NCBI GenBank assembly: GCA_965649765.1
Contig: OZ287749.1
Coordinates: 12,710,001 to 12,774,000, forward strand
Length of the DNA stretch: 64,000 bases
Source of the DNA: Bispira polyomma
Lineage: Eukaryota
Reading direction: 5' to 3'
The translations under genes and the position numbers were made by a program. Position 1 is the stretch's first letter. Every line of letters starts with the position of its first letter. This document shows, one piece after another, positions 37,801-49,845 of this stretch. A model generated the notes under the pieces. That model worked only from the letters and a program-made list of their open reading frames with translations, did not search any database and was not told where the DNA came from.

Positions 37801-40562
37801 AAGATGCTAGGAGTAGAAAATAATGTTATTGAAGCTAGATGTCCCTTGGCATCAGCCACCATGGCTGTTCCATCTTTGTTTGTCAGACCTCCGTCAAAAG
37901 GTATTTGATATATCTATAGAGATGTGTATATGTATCTAAATAGTCAAAAAGTATAGGTTTTCAGGTAATAAGGTATAGATTTAGAATAGACTGAGTTATT
38001 AGCTTTACATTTGGTGTTGATTATTCATAAAATAATCTCACATGCAGTATAATAAAGTACTGTATAAGCAACTATTTTCATATATAAGTATTTAAATGTG
38101 TTACTGTTAGCATATAACAATAAATATTGTATATAAAATGTTGTGTATGCTAGTGACATTTGCACCAGTGTGAAATGAATTTCAGATCGAGCAGTTGCAA
38201 AGAAACAGGTTGCCTACTTAAGGAAGTACTTGAAGTCCAATGCTCAGAATGTAAGAATTTTAGCAAACTTTTACTCGAAAAATTATAATCGGTTTAATAT
38301 ACCAAATTTTTAAATAAAGTTAGTTCAACATATTGTAATTATACTGGCTTTATTGTTTACTTTTAAAGTTGATTTCAAAATAGGAAAAATTGGAAAGTTT
38401 TGATATGTCTCTTGTTGTGTTGTTTGTTTGGATAAAATTGTGGAAACTTCAGTCGTTCACAGCCATTGAAAAGTTTGGCCCTGGGACAGTTTTTCCGGGT
38501 TTTTTTTAACCCCTTTTTGTCTGTTATTAGGTATAAGGTTGCTAAAAGCTTTGTTAATTACAGAAAGTCATGTGCTTAGTTTACAAGAAATAATACAATA
38601 ATATGAAAAGTTTAAATTAATGTTTATTTTACATTTTACTTCAATCTGTCGTTTGGGTTTTAGCCATAGAAAATGTAAGTCTATAAAACATTGTTACAGA
38701 TAAAAGTCTCTGTGTAAAATAGAATTTAAAACATGCAAACGCATTGTTATCATCATTAAATACCTATAAATAAAAACGTATATCCATCAACCATAACAAC
38801 AAGCATTATTATGAATAGGCTTACAATTGATGTAACAAATTTATTTAAGAAACACATGACTTATTAGTGTGCAAATATTAAAGGTGTCTGCAGCAACGCA
38901 ATGAATGCAGCCGTTGCTTCGAAAATCACAAAATTTTTAACTCCTGTAATAATGCAGATACCAGATTAATAACAGTAATTTGACAGAATACTTGCAATCT
39001 TTATAAAGCTTTATAGTGTCATTATGTTTTCACAGGTGCATTTAATGAGCAGCAACATGGACCTGGGAGGACGCAATGAGTTGGCCAACTTTGAGAGTAT
39101 GCAATATTATATTTATTTTGAAAATTCTCTTCCAGGCTCATTGATTAAGGTAGTCTTAAATACGAGATATAGCTAATTGTGCTGGCTAGGGTATATTTCT
39201 TTTTGTATAAATAATACTACAATTGCCGATATGTGAAATATAAAAAAATCATTCCAGTACAAACTTTGCATCCTGGTCTAAATATATGCACCCTAATATT
39301 TGCTCTCTTTATCCTGGGATATTGTTGACCCAAGATGTATTATATTGATATTCCATTTTTCAAACTCACAGTGTCTCAAGAAATTTTTTTTTTCTGTATC
39401 ATGTGTAGGCAACTATGTCTCTTTTTTTTCTTTTTTGAGGTGTTCTTTGGTATTGTTTATTGTTTTATCTCTATTGAGTAATTGTGTAATGTTTTTTGTT
39501 TGTGTATTGTCATGTATTTTTTTGTGAAAAATTGTTTTAAAAAAAAAAAAAAAAATATATATATATTGATATTCCAGCTCTGTTGTTTTAATTAGCCATT
39601 CAGCAGACTGTGTTGTGTGAACTGGCCGACAGTATTGGTGTACGTTGGAAGAAAGTTGGTCGACGTCTGGGAATTCCTGAAGGCCACATTGATCAAATTG
39701 TGATGGACAATCCACATCATTCCTGGGACAGGATCTACTGCATGCTCGACAAATGGCAGACAGGACAACCCTGTGATGCTGAAGCAAAGGCAGCCATCTT
39801 GAAGAAAGCTTTGATTGCCAGCGGCTTCAGATTCAAAGATCCACAACCAGTGTCTGTGGAGGTAAAAGGGGTTGAACTTATATTGTATGAAAAGTATAGA
39901 ATGAAATTAAAATGATTGTTTCCTATATTACACATTTTTACAGCTTATAACTCTTTGACGATTGTGCCATTGAAGAAATGACTCATTTTTGCATCTAAAA
40001 TTATTATATTACTTCCCCGTTTTTTATCAATGTTAAGTTGTTTTGTGAGAAATCTGTCACATTGTGTTATCGATCCAATATTAAATAAAGATAGCTTATA
40101 TTCCCATTGCCAAAAACGTCATAAGCATCTACAATTAAAACAGAACCTCCTTTCGTAGTTTATATTATTATTACTGTGAAAATGACAAAACTTAGTAAGT
40201 GAAAATAAAAACCATTTTGAACAAATAATATCCAAATCTGTACTTACGAGATGGGTTCTAGAATGTGAAGCATGTCTATAAAGATCGCAAATTAAATTTC
40301 CCTTTTTATCAGATTTATTGCTATCTCTAACTAGGAAATGTCTTCAGTTACAAATAAAAACAGACATGCATGAAATCTTTTTTGTAATGTAACAAATCGG
40401 TCAAACATTTTGTATTTTATTATACTTTTCTTGTTTTTTTTTGAAAACCAGGGTTCATCAGACGTTTCTGAATACCCTGTAGGACCCAATCCAGCTGCAC
40501 ACAGACTTGTTCTACCTGCACGACTGGATGATAAAGTAAAAGAAGAGGGTACACCTGTCTAA
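29569..40562 (+). CDS. Ankyrin-ROC-COR-death domain (Roco family, DAPK-like order without kinase) gene; 7 coding exons; one in-frame TAG at 29917
   Basis: Exons 29569-34886, 35170-35339, 35798-37900, 38186-38250, 39036-39096, 39596-39861, 40452-40562 join in frame through GT-AG introns (phases 2,1,1,0,1,0); total 8094 nt; start codon and the small linker exons are predictions. Confidence 0.8.
29911..34533 (+). repeat. 23 x 201-bp coding tandem array (67 aa = two ankyrin repeats per unit)
   Basis: ctgaagt(g/a)g recurs every 201 bp from 29911 to 34333, then diverged ctcaagtgg at 34534; no indels between units. Confidence 0.97.
35170..35339 (+). CDS. Roco gene exon 2: last two ankyrin repeats
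   Basis: ttcAG|c...gaac|GTAAGT; LTPLMLASVNNHSDTVSLLLKCGAEIGRKDAQGKSALDFAVENGCKDIVEIL. Confidence 0.9.
35798..37900 (+). CDS. Roco gene exon 3: ROC GTPase + COR domain
   Basis: G1 GDQGIGKTS, G2 DRTVVFDI, G3 FDLGGH, G4 LTKAD, G5 FVTS; COR motifs LQQLHSYGMALWF, LLSTLFHH, LFIPWF, IPSTYWHQFCV, FRNG, CSHC; tttcAG| acceptor and G|GTATTT donor. Confidence 0.9.
38186..38250 (+). CDS. Roco gene exon 4 (linker)
   Basis: tttcAG|at...aat|GTAAGA; DRAVAKKQVAYLRKYLKSNAQN; phase-compatible. Confidence 0.7.
39036..39096 (+). CDS. Roco gene exon 5 (linker)
   Basis: ttttcacAG|gtg...gaga|GTATGC; VHLMSSNMDLGGRNELANFE; phase-compatible. Confidence 0.65.
39596..39861 (+). CDS. Roco gene exon 6: death domain
   Basis: VLCELADSIGVRWKKVGRRLGIPEGHIDQIVMDNP...DRIYCMLDKWQ...AILKKAL matches the death-domain pattern; donor gag|GTAAAA. 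Confidence 0.85.
40452..40562 (+). CDS. Roco gene terminal coding exon
   Basis: Pyrimidine tract + ccAG|ggt; GSSDVSEYPVGPNPAAHRLVLPARLDDKVKEEGTPV*. Confidence 0.65.
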   Translation, partial: GSSDVSEYPVGPNPAAHRLVLPARLDDKVKEEGTPV

Positions 40563-41715
40563 AAAATTGTGGTCGGATGGTTTGTGAAGCTGATGTTTAT
40601 TCTTTGGTGAATGTCAAAATTTTAATTACTCGTATTGGTTTAACTGTGTCACCTTTTTATATTTGGTGAAGTTTGTTTTACTATAACTCCAAAATAGTGT
40701 TTGTGATATTTAATTTTAAGAATAACTAAAGACCCAGATTTAATAGTGCACCAAAACACACAATTTAGAGATTACCCAGTAGCCTGAGCTAAACTCTTTC
40801 GGCATTATTACTTCAAAACTTTTAGTTTTATGTTACACGTGTGCCACACCTCAGATTAAGTGTGCAATTTTTTTCTTTTGGGCCAGGTTCATCTGTGACA
40901 GATAATCTTATTCTGGTGCTATTCTGTAGCTATTATCTTCAGCTATGTATAGTGTGCTATGATTTTTTTCTTGGACAATGGTGCTACATGATGGTAGAAA
41001 GTAATTGCAGTAATATAAAATTTGATCAATCAGATGTATTTTTAGATTTTCAGCTGCAATTATATTACTTTATTACTTTTTTTAACGTGCTTTATTGATA
41101 GGCATTTTCTAAAAGCGCAACAGCAGAATCATTGATCCAATCGTAAAGTCCATTGGCATAGCAAAGTTTTTGGCACATTATATTATGACAGTTTTTTTAG
41201 TTTAGTTATAGTGGTTAAATACTGTAGTATATATTGATAAATACATGATGTATCGTAAATGCTGCTTATTTTGTGAGCTGTTATTGTGTGATACCAAGAT
41301 ATACCAAGAACTACTTCTCTATGTATTTCTATTGTTTAGTAATAATTAACCGAGTGACATCAGTCAAGTTGTATCTAAGTTGTAAAAATTTACATCTTTG
41401 ATACAAGTTTAGTACTGCCTTCCAGTGGTTTATAGACATTTATAAAAGGTACAATTTTAACCCCAATTTTACCAGTACAATGATTATAAAAAGTTATAAT
41501 CTCATTCTGTGGTTTGCAGTGATAATTATTTTAATATAATAATTATAATAATTATTGTTATTACCTTTCATTTAAATGTGCAGCTATATGGTCATGGCTC
41601 TTTTAAATTTAGTTTTTAAAAATAAGCAACTAGAATAGCCATACTTAATGAAATGGATCTAGAAATTAACTAGCAATAATCAAGGTTTCTTCATGTACAT
41701 TACATCGTGTACATA

Positions 41716-41973
41716 GGGGCCGCAGTGGCCTAGTGGTTAGCAAGCATTGCGCTTCACAATCACTGGTCTCTCACCTCTGGGCGGCGTGAGTTCGACTCCG
41801 GTCGATGCCTCTGTGGGAAAGATGGTTGTTCCTAACTGTGGGCCGCTGGTTTCAGTGCAGAACCTTGATGAACTGTGTGCAGTGTTTCCTCCAGCGTTTC
41901 CAACTACCCGTCCCAATATAACCTAAACAGGTACTAGAGTAGACGTTAAATATCCCAATTAAAAAAAAACAAA
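41716..41973 (+). mobile_element. tRNA-derived SINE (same family as 14109)
   Basis: Near-identical to the 14109 copy; TSD acat(c/t)gtgtacat at 41702-41714 and 41974-41986. Confidence 0.9.
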
Positions 41974-43622
41974 ACATTGTGTACATTAAAAAGTTACACA
42001 TTGGTATCAACAACTACAAATGTAACAAAAAATACTATGTAAAATATATATTCTAACATGACACGGCTATGTCCGCAATTTTGATTGACCGAGAGCCTCA
42101 GTAAAATTTTGCATATACCCATGGCGGTTTCATTAGTTCCACTGCAAACGTAATTACGATGGAACAGCTTATGTTTATTTATGTTTATCACCAAAATATA
42201 TGGTTTTTTTAAAAAAAAGTTTTATTTTGTTTATTATTTTGTCATGTTAGAATAGGAATAACACACTCCAAAACTTCGCCTACGTGGGCCTAAACCTTGA
42301 ATCATGGTAAAATTCTGCGTGTACCTTGCTTTGTTGGGTGTTATTCCTATAGTATCCTATGTTTTATGTGTTACGGTATTATAGCAAACACAGTGATGTC
42401 AGTTGTTCGGGTCTGCAGTAGCAATTTTACTTTAGGGAAGTGTAAGATACACTGTATCAGTGAAAATTGTAACTGGAATAAATTTTCTCTAATTACTGGT
42501 TTTTTAGAAAATCACTGGAATTAACTTTCACTATTGAACATGTTTAAAAAGGGAATTTTCAACAGGGAATTACTGTTCACTACTCAAACTAATTAGCAAA
42601 ATTAGATAAAATTTATTCCCAGTGAATACTTCCACTTATACAACATTAAATGTATGTTTTTTTAAAACCTAGACAACCATATTTATGTGTAAATGGAAGA
42701 ATATAATTTGTACAGCTGTAAAAAAAAAGTTTGTAAACTCTGTAATCTTTAGGTATCTATTGTATAAGTTAAACTGTAAATGGTAATGTGTCATTGATAT
42801 TGCATACACTGTAGAGTATATGTTATATTTTTTATTATTATATTTTTATTATTTAGCCAAACTGATGTTGCCTTTGTTGTAAATATATGAAATGTATTTT
42901 AAACAATATGTTATTGTAAAATATGTAAAAATATTAAAATTTGTACAACCTGTAACAAGTATGGACAACTCTGTGTAATGTATAGGTATATATATTGTAT
43001 AGGTTCAATTGTAAACAATGTATGTAAATATATTATCTGAATTGCCCAGAAAAATAATCTAATCATTCATTTATCATTAATACAGTATAATACATATTAT
43101 ATCCTTGCAAGAATTTAAATATAATTAAATGTATGTAATTCATGTTTAGATTTTGGCCAAAATGTAAAAATAGTTAATGTATGTATATTAAAAAACGTGT
43201 AATTATATGTGCTTATATGCACATATATTTGTATAAAAGAAGAAACTGTCTGCAACTGTATCATGTATGTAATATATAACTAGCCTTAACTTTGTCTTAA
43301 CCTTAACATTTATGTTTAAAATATTTAAAACTGCCTGCTGCCAGTCTTGGTGTTAATAGCAAGGTTAGCACGAACCAAAGATACATTCTTGCTGTCACTG
43401 GGACTAAGACCAGAGTGAAAACCTTTTGGGCAAAAATCACAGAGCAAAATCTTATGCTTAGGACTAAGTTAAGACAAAAAGCTTTTGTGAAAACATCCCC
43501 AGATTTAACTGTAAATAATATGTGTAAGTATTGTCTATCTTGCAGAGATATATATCTATCATATGTATTCTTTAAATGACATACATTGTATGATAAATGA
43601 CATATTTATTATTATTATATTA

Positions 43623-44147
43623 CCGGTTCCGCTGTCGGAAGAGCCCAGGGGCGAAAACGACGAAATTTCTAAGAAGTTGGGGGTGGGCGTTTGCGAGAAT
43701 GGGCTGTTACGCGAACTAATTTTTTGCTTCAATTCGTATAAACACTATAAAATGACATAAAGTACATAAACCTCACCTAATTGATCTGTGAAATAGAATA
43801 ATCAACAAATCCATACAATTCCTTGCGAAAAGCAGCCCCATTTTTGTTATTTTTATCTCCTGTACTGTGTACCAAAAATTACAGGTGCTGCCAGGTGAGA
43901 AAACGTCACCATTCTTAGTGTATAAACAGGAAGCGCAAGTGATGGTTGGTTATATGACCAAGTTACCTTAAACTGGTGTGTTTTGCAAAGTTTCGCATAT
44001 AAAAACATTGATTTTTGATACTTTGTTTATGATATTTGTTGTTATATGATACGTTTTCTGCAAAATTAATTGGCCGTTTTCCGTAATATTTGAAAAATTG
44101 GGGATGGGCGTTTAGGGGAACATGGGCGAGATAGAGAGCGGAACCAG
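43623..44147. mobile_element. Tc1/mariner-type MITE
   Basis: TA|ccggttccgctgtc ... gagagcggaaccag|TA; internal repeated ttggggrtgggcgttt motif (43677, 44097). Confidence 0.75.
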
Positions 44148-45062
44148 TATTTATCATTCTCTCACAATCAGCTAAATCCAAACTTACTTTGTCTTTGTTG
44201 TCAATGAATTTAATGTAACCTTATTTTTGTTGATATGCTATTAGATGTACATATGTAAAACAAAACATTTTAATTTGTAAAACCTGTAAGAAGCATGTAC
44301 ATCTCTGTAATGTATAAATATTTGTGTATTGGTTCAGTTTTCAATGAATTTAATGTAACATTCTTCTTGTTAATATGTTATTAGATGTACATATGTAAAA
44401 AAATATATTTTAATTTGTAAAATCTATAACAACAATATACAACTCTGTAATGTATAGATATTTGTGTATTGGTTCAGTTGTAAATACTATGTGTAAATAT
44501 GGTCTACGTTGTACATATAAATATTTACATACAGTTATCATATACATTGTATATACTGTATAATACATCAGGTGATTTGTTTTTATTATAAATAATTATG
44601 ATTCAGTTACAGTGAGCTTAATTTGCAAGATTTTGCCTTCGTTTTCAATATATTTAATGTATCATATTTTAATAGCATGTAATCATATGTACTTGTGTAA
44701 ACAATATTAAATTTGTACAGCTGTAAAACGTATGTAAAATCTGTAATGTATACGTATATTGTGAATAATATGTGCAAATATTAGCTTGGTTGCAGAGCTA
44801 ATTAAAGTCTTATGTTTGGTATTTTTAACTAAAGTATATATTCACTCACAGTAACATTTGCCACAATACATGTAAATATAAATTTGTTTCATTGTCTCAA
44901 AATTTATGAATTTATGTATACTTGTTACAAGGTATGTATGCTTTTCCTTAAATAGTTAAATATTATTTAAAACCATATCTTAACAAAATAAGATGGGTAA
45001 TTCCTCCCTTCATGTATCGGTTCTGACCTGTTCATGCTGTGATTTGTAATGATTAGAACCAA

Positions 45063-45063
<1 letters not shown>

Positions 45064-45116
<53 letters not shown>
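45064..45116. repeat. (TA)n microsatellite
   Basis: About 26 perfect TA units. Confidence 0.95.
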
Positions 45117-45121
<5 letters not shown>

Positions 45122-45899
45122 ATTTACTGTTGATATTTTGTGTCTGAGTGACAACTGACAACATAAATTTACCTGAGGAGGCAATAAATACAATGCTATA
45201 CAAGAAAAGATTAGTTAATGATAACCGTTATAGGTGGAAGATAGTTTATAGAGGATCAATTTCATGTGTAATTTTTCTTTATGTAAATAATTATTTGTAG
45301 TTATTTTTCCCTTTCCATTTACTCTCTTTTGTAACTTTTTAATACTATTGTAATGTGCTTACATACTTTGACTGCAATGGATAAACTTAGTATTATGAAT
45401 TTGTTTTAAATTAGATGATTCCAGAATAGTTCAAATGATCAACACCAAACACATGGTATTTTGGTGCAAGTATTGTAATGCATGTTATTGCGATGCAATT
45501 ATTATAATTTTGTATGGTGACAGGTAATGTCTCAATTGATGTTGTCTTGTTTTTTATTTACTTGTCAACTTCACTAAGTAAATAAGTTATGTGTAATTAT
45601 GTATATCAAACGTTTGTGAGTATTGTGACTCAATTTTTAAATACAAAAATGGTGTTGCCATGGTGAACTACAATATAAAAATTTGAATATATAAAACGTT
45701 GTTGTCTACAAAGGAACTGTATCAGTGTAATTGTAAAAGTTAATTACTATATAATCAGCACAATCTTATTTTTGCAATAAAATTTATGACTACATTACCA
45801 CTTCTTTGTTTAATAGGAAATTGATATCCAATTAAAATTCTATGGAATTGGTATAGCAGTGATAATTTTAAGATACTGACCTATTTCCACCATGTTTTA

Positions 45900-46250
45900 G
45901 AGGTTTAGTGGTTAGAAGTGCTTCCTAATAAACACTGGTCTCTCACCGATGTGGGTTCAAATCCCGTCATGTGGGAAAGTTTGTCAGGTACTTGACGTGC
46001 ATTGGCAGTTGACAGTGTTTCAGCACTGGTTTCCTCTACCAGCTGTTGAAAGCAAGTAAAACCCAACAAAATTCCAAATAGACCAAGTTTTCTCTTTGTT
46101 CCTTTATGTGAGACAGTTTTTCAGGTACTTGCTGCATGTTGGTCGTTTATAGTGATTCAGCACTGGTTTTTTTTAACATTTAATCTGGCCATTTCAAAAT
46201 GAACTAAGCTGTTGAAATTGATGCAAACCCAACAAAATTCAAAATAAACC
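45900..46250 (+). mobile_element. Older tRNA-derived SINE remnants (two partial copies); relatives at ~57760-57960 and ~62183-62370
   Basis: tagtggttag...cactggtctctcacc..gtgggttcaaatccc, followed by tcaggtacttg and gctgttgaaa blocks shared among the copies. Confidence 0.65.
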
Positions 46251-46319
46251 AAATGATTGTTCACATGGAACAGTTCATAGATTGAATAAAAAGTTAAATT
46301 AGGAAATTTTAATTAGTAA

Positions 46320-47330
46320 ATAAATTTTTAATAACTAATATACTTACTTGATAGACAATAGCTATATGCTAAGGTCCATGCCAAACACTAGACAAAAGTG
46401 TTTCTTAGCTATGACGCTGCAGACTGGACCAGCACTGATTTCGAAATCGTGTGAAAGGTGGTGGTATGTGCACTTGCAGTCACTTGTGCCTTATCTTATT
46501 GCTTTGGCCCACCTAACGTACTACGTACTTCCCCTAAGCATACCGTCACAAAGAGGGGAAGTCTGATGGGCTCCATGTCTATCAATTAAGTATATTAGCT
46601 AATTAAAGGAGGTAGCATACAGAGGACCCAAAACCAACCAGTGGATGAAACCTTATGTGAAGTGACTTTTTGAGGAGAATAAGGACTAAAGTGAGAGATA
46701 AGGAAAGGCATCCAATGAGAATGGGATCGCTACCGTCTAACAAAAGTTATGGAAAAATTAATTACTGTGTATCCATCCCACTGTACAGTTACAGAATTGG
46801 AGAGACCAAGGGAAGGGCATTGCACAGGAATAAGAGACCTTCCTAAAGGAAATGCATGAATTGGAATGTGAAAGTATGCATCGCCAAAATTGATGGATCT
46901 TACCCATTTGCCTTTATAAAGTGACAACCTTACTGACTCTGGGGGTTCCATTTTGAACTGTCAAACTTTTATGTTCTTAGGTTCAGTATGTGTCACCACT
47001 TTTTTTTTTTCTTTTTTTTTGTGGGGTCGCCAAAAACGATTGTCGAAAGCTAGGGGTTTAGGGAGGCAACCCCATATATTGCTTGCTTTTTGACTAAACA
47101 CTGGATGCTCTCTCTTAAGGCTGCATTTCTTAAATGTTTAACATCCCCGCTTGTAACTATGAACAATCTGGTTTATTCAGAAATGGGGGAGGATATCCCA
47201 CTCTTGCCAGAAAACCTGAAGGTGACGTCTACAAGGGGGTCAAGGCAATACTGGGGCATTTAAGAGAAGATGGGCCAGGTTTGATTGAGCAACAAAAGAA
47301 ACCTGATTTAAAGGTTTTATTTTGATCTTT
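46320..47330 (-). mobile_element. DIRS-like retroelement fragment (RT piece plus ITR/half-ICR)
   Basis: FKMEPPESVRLSLYKGKWVRSINFGDAYFHIPIH (DIRS RT motif) at 46850-46960; ctaatatacttacttgatagaca (46335) is inverted to tgtctatcaattaagtatattag (46576). Confidence 0.7.
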
Positions 47331-47715
47331 CCTGACATTATCTTGATTGTTTCCTGAACAGCAAAAGGTACAGAGGAACAACATCTGTTAAGGATACATT
47401 GCCTATGCTTAGAGTCATGGGAAAATCCACTGCACTGCTTACAGAATGTACATACATAAAGTTGGTTAATTTTATTGTGATTAGAATTTTTATAAATACA
47501 AATACTGACCTCTTCCTAACCGACGTCATAGTTGATGGCCGTCAACTAAACCATGGTCAATAGCAGAAAAGCTATCACCCTACCTTAAACCTGTGGTTCA
47601 GTGGTGTACCTGTTAAATAAACCATGACTAGGTCATGTGATCTCGTTTGCATCCTCCCAATATTTTTGACATACTCCCTAGAGGAGTCCAGAGCGGGGAG
47701 GCGGGATGAGACTGC

Positions 47716-47815
47716 TAGGACGACGTAAGTATTTTTATTTATAAAAATTCTAATTACAATAAAACTGACCAATTTTATTGCATAAAAATACACTTACCTT
47801 GTCCTAACAGACGCT
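47716..47815. other. DIRS internal complementary region (ICR)
   Basis: 47716-47770 is the reverse complement of the left terminus (47464-47519) and 47771-47815 is the reverse complement of the right terminus (52965-53010), abutting at actgacc|aattttattgc. Confidence 0.9.
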
Positions 47816-49064
47816 AAATCCAACAGCTTGGTTGGTTGGGTAAGAATCTTCTGAACCACTGAAGCACAGTAAGGTCGAGGAAAAATACAGGAAAACATCA
47901 TCTATGAATCAACAGAAAATGGAACCTATAAGCACATAGCAACACCCATACCAATGACATATATAAACATATATGAATCACTGAAGAATAACACGACATA
48001 ACACAAAACTACTGACCTGAGTAGATAACAGAAATGCCAATATATTCACTTACCAAACAAAATAAGATGTCTAATGGTAAATATATTAAACGTCAATACA
48101 ATCCCATCACCAAGCAACAGTATGATTAGTTAAGTGTTAGTATACTCTGTCAGGGACATGAAGATCCTGTCATCTGTACAACCACATATACCCAATAACA
48201 GATGTATATACAAACTGCTATCTACACTTCCATTTACACAAAGGAGGAATGTACAAAAGAACAAAATAGACATAAGATTTGTTATATAGAATATTGAGAT
48301 AACATAAACAAAACAGTATGATTACAAAAATTGAAACCCACTATCATTAATAACAGCCTGAGCTAACACAATAGGACCCAGCTTAAAAATGTCCTGGTAA
48401 TCCTGAGGAACAAGTTTAAGACAGAATCAGAGGATATGTCAAGAGATTTCCAGAAACAAGCTCCCAAGACTTGATGAAGAAACATAAACCTTCAAAGACC
48501 AAACAACTGGCCATAACCCTCACATCATGGGCCTTCCCTTGGGAGACTTGTTGGACCTGATCAAAATATCTGTAAGAATACAAAATAGAGTGATCCAGGA
48601 GCCAAAGAAACATCTTTTAAATGATCCTGGTTCATAGAAGCAAGCAAAAGATTTAAGAAAACTGTTGTTAAGTTCTTTGTTATGCTAGGCCAAACATCGA
48701 GACTCTCAAAGAAATCCGCAACTAAAGCATCCATACAATAGATTTCCAAAAAGCTGGGAAGATTACAGGTCTAAGAGAATCAGGCCAAACAGAAGGCAAC
48801 TGATTCTGAGACAAAAATGCAGGTGAACAGTAACCCAAGAACAATAAGATTGAGACTTGGGAGAAGAATGAGTCCATGCCTGAATCTCATTCCTCCTTCA
48901 GACCTAGACTAAAGTCATGAAGAAAGAATAGTCCTATAGAATAGGCTTATATCTGTGAAAGCCACAAGCCTAATAAACCCTAAACCTCAACTATACTATC
49001 ACATTGACACCAGCTTTTAATCTTGTGTGAAACAAAATCTAAAATTTTGTCACAAGACAAAGAA

Positions 49065-49845
49065 TTATTTTAATTATTATTATAAATTTTTAATGCACTT
49101 TATTGATGCTAGGCATCTTATAACACGCAACAGCAGAATTATTGGTCCAAACATTAAGTCCATAGACATTTCAAAGTTGCACGAGGGAAGCTAAGGTGGG
49201 TAGGCAAGATTAAAAAGATAGGTTTTAAGCTTTTCCCTAAAACCGATAAGTGTGTCAACTGATTTGAGGTCGAATGGGAGACTGTTCCATAAACGTGGAG
49301 CTGCAGTGGAGAACGCTCAGAATCCCGCCTTCCTGATTGGTCTGACTGAAGTGACAGAGAATCTGTTGCATCTCTTGCGGTTACTGAAGGAAAGAAGGGA
49401 GGCAAGGTAGGGGAGCTGTTGAGTGACTACAGCCTTAAAAGTAGTAACGTAAATCTTGAACAAAATGCGAGAATGAATGGGCAGCCAGTGTAATTTTTTG
49501 AGGTAAGGAGTGACGTCTGTGCGACAACCCAGGCGAAAAATGACCCTATATATGTAGTTTTGGATGGACTGGAGCTTTTTAATGTGTGACTTGTTTGCTC
49601 TATACAAGAGAGAGTTGCAGTAGTCGAGCCGGCTAATCACAAGGGCATTTGCCACAGTTATCGGTGTGTCCATGGACAGGTGGTTTCTGATTCTTTTGAT
49701 GTCACGTATATGGTAATAGCAGGAGCGACAGATGTTGGCAATATAAGTGTCGAACGAAAAGGCTGAATCAAAAGTGACACCCAGGTTTTTGGCATTTTCG
49801 GAAGGTAGTATGTCTTTTCCCAGCAAGGAGATGAGAAACATTGCT
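49065..49845 (-). mobile_element. L2-clade LINE 3' fragment inserted in the DIRS element
   Basis: AKNLGVTFDS, CYYHIRDIKRIR, LVISRLDYCNSLL, LKKLHWLPI; (AAT)n-like tail at ~49065-49083; the same 3' end recurs at ~41060-41170 and ~58580-58765. Confidence 0.9.
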
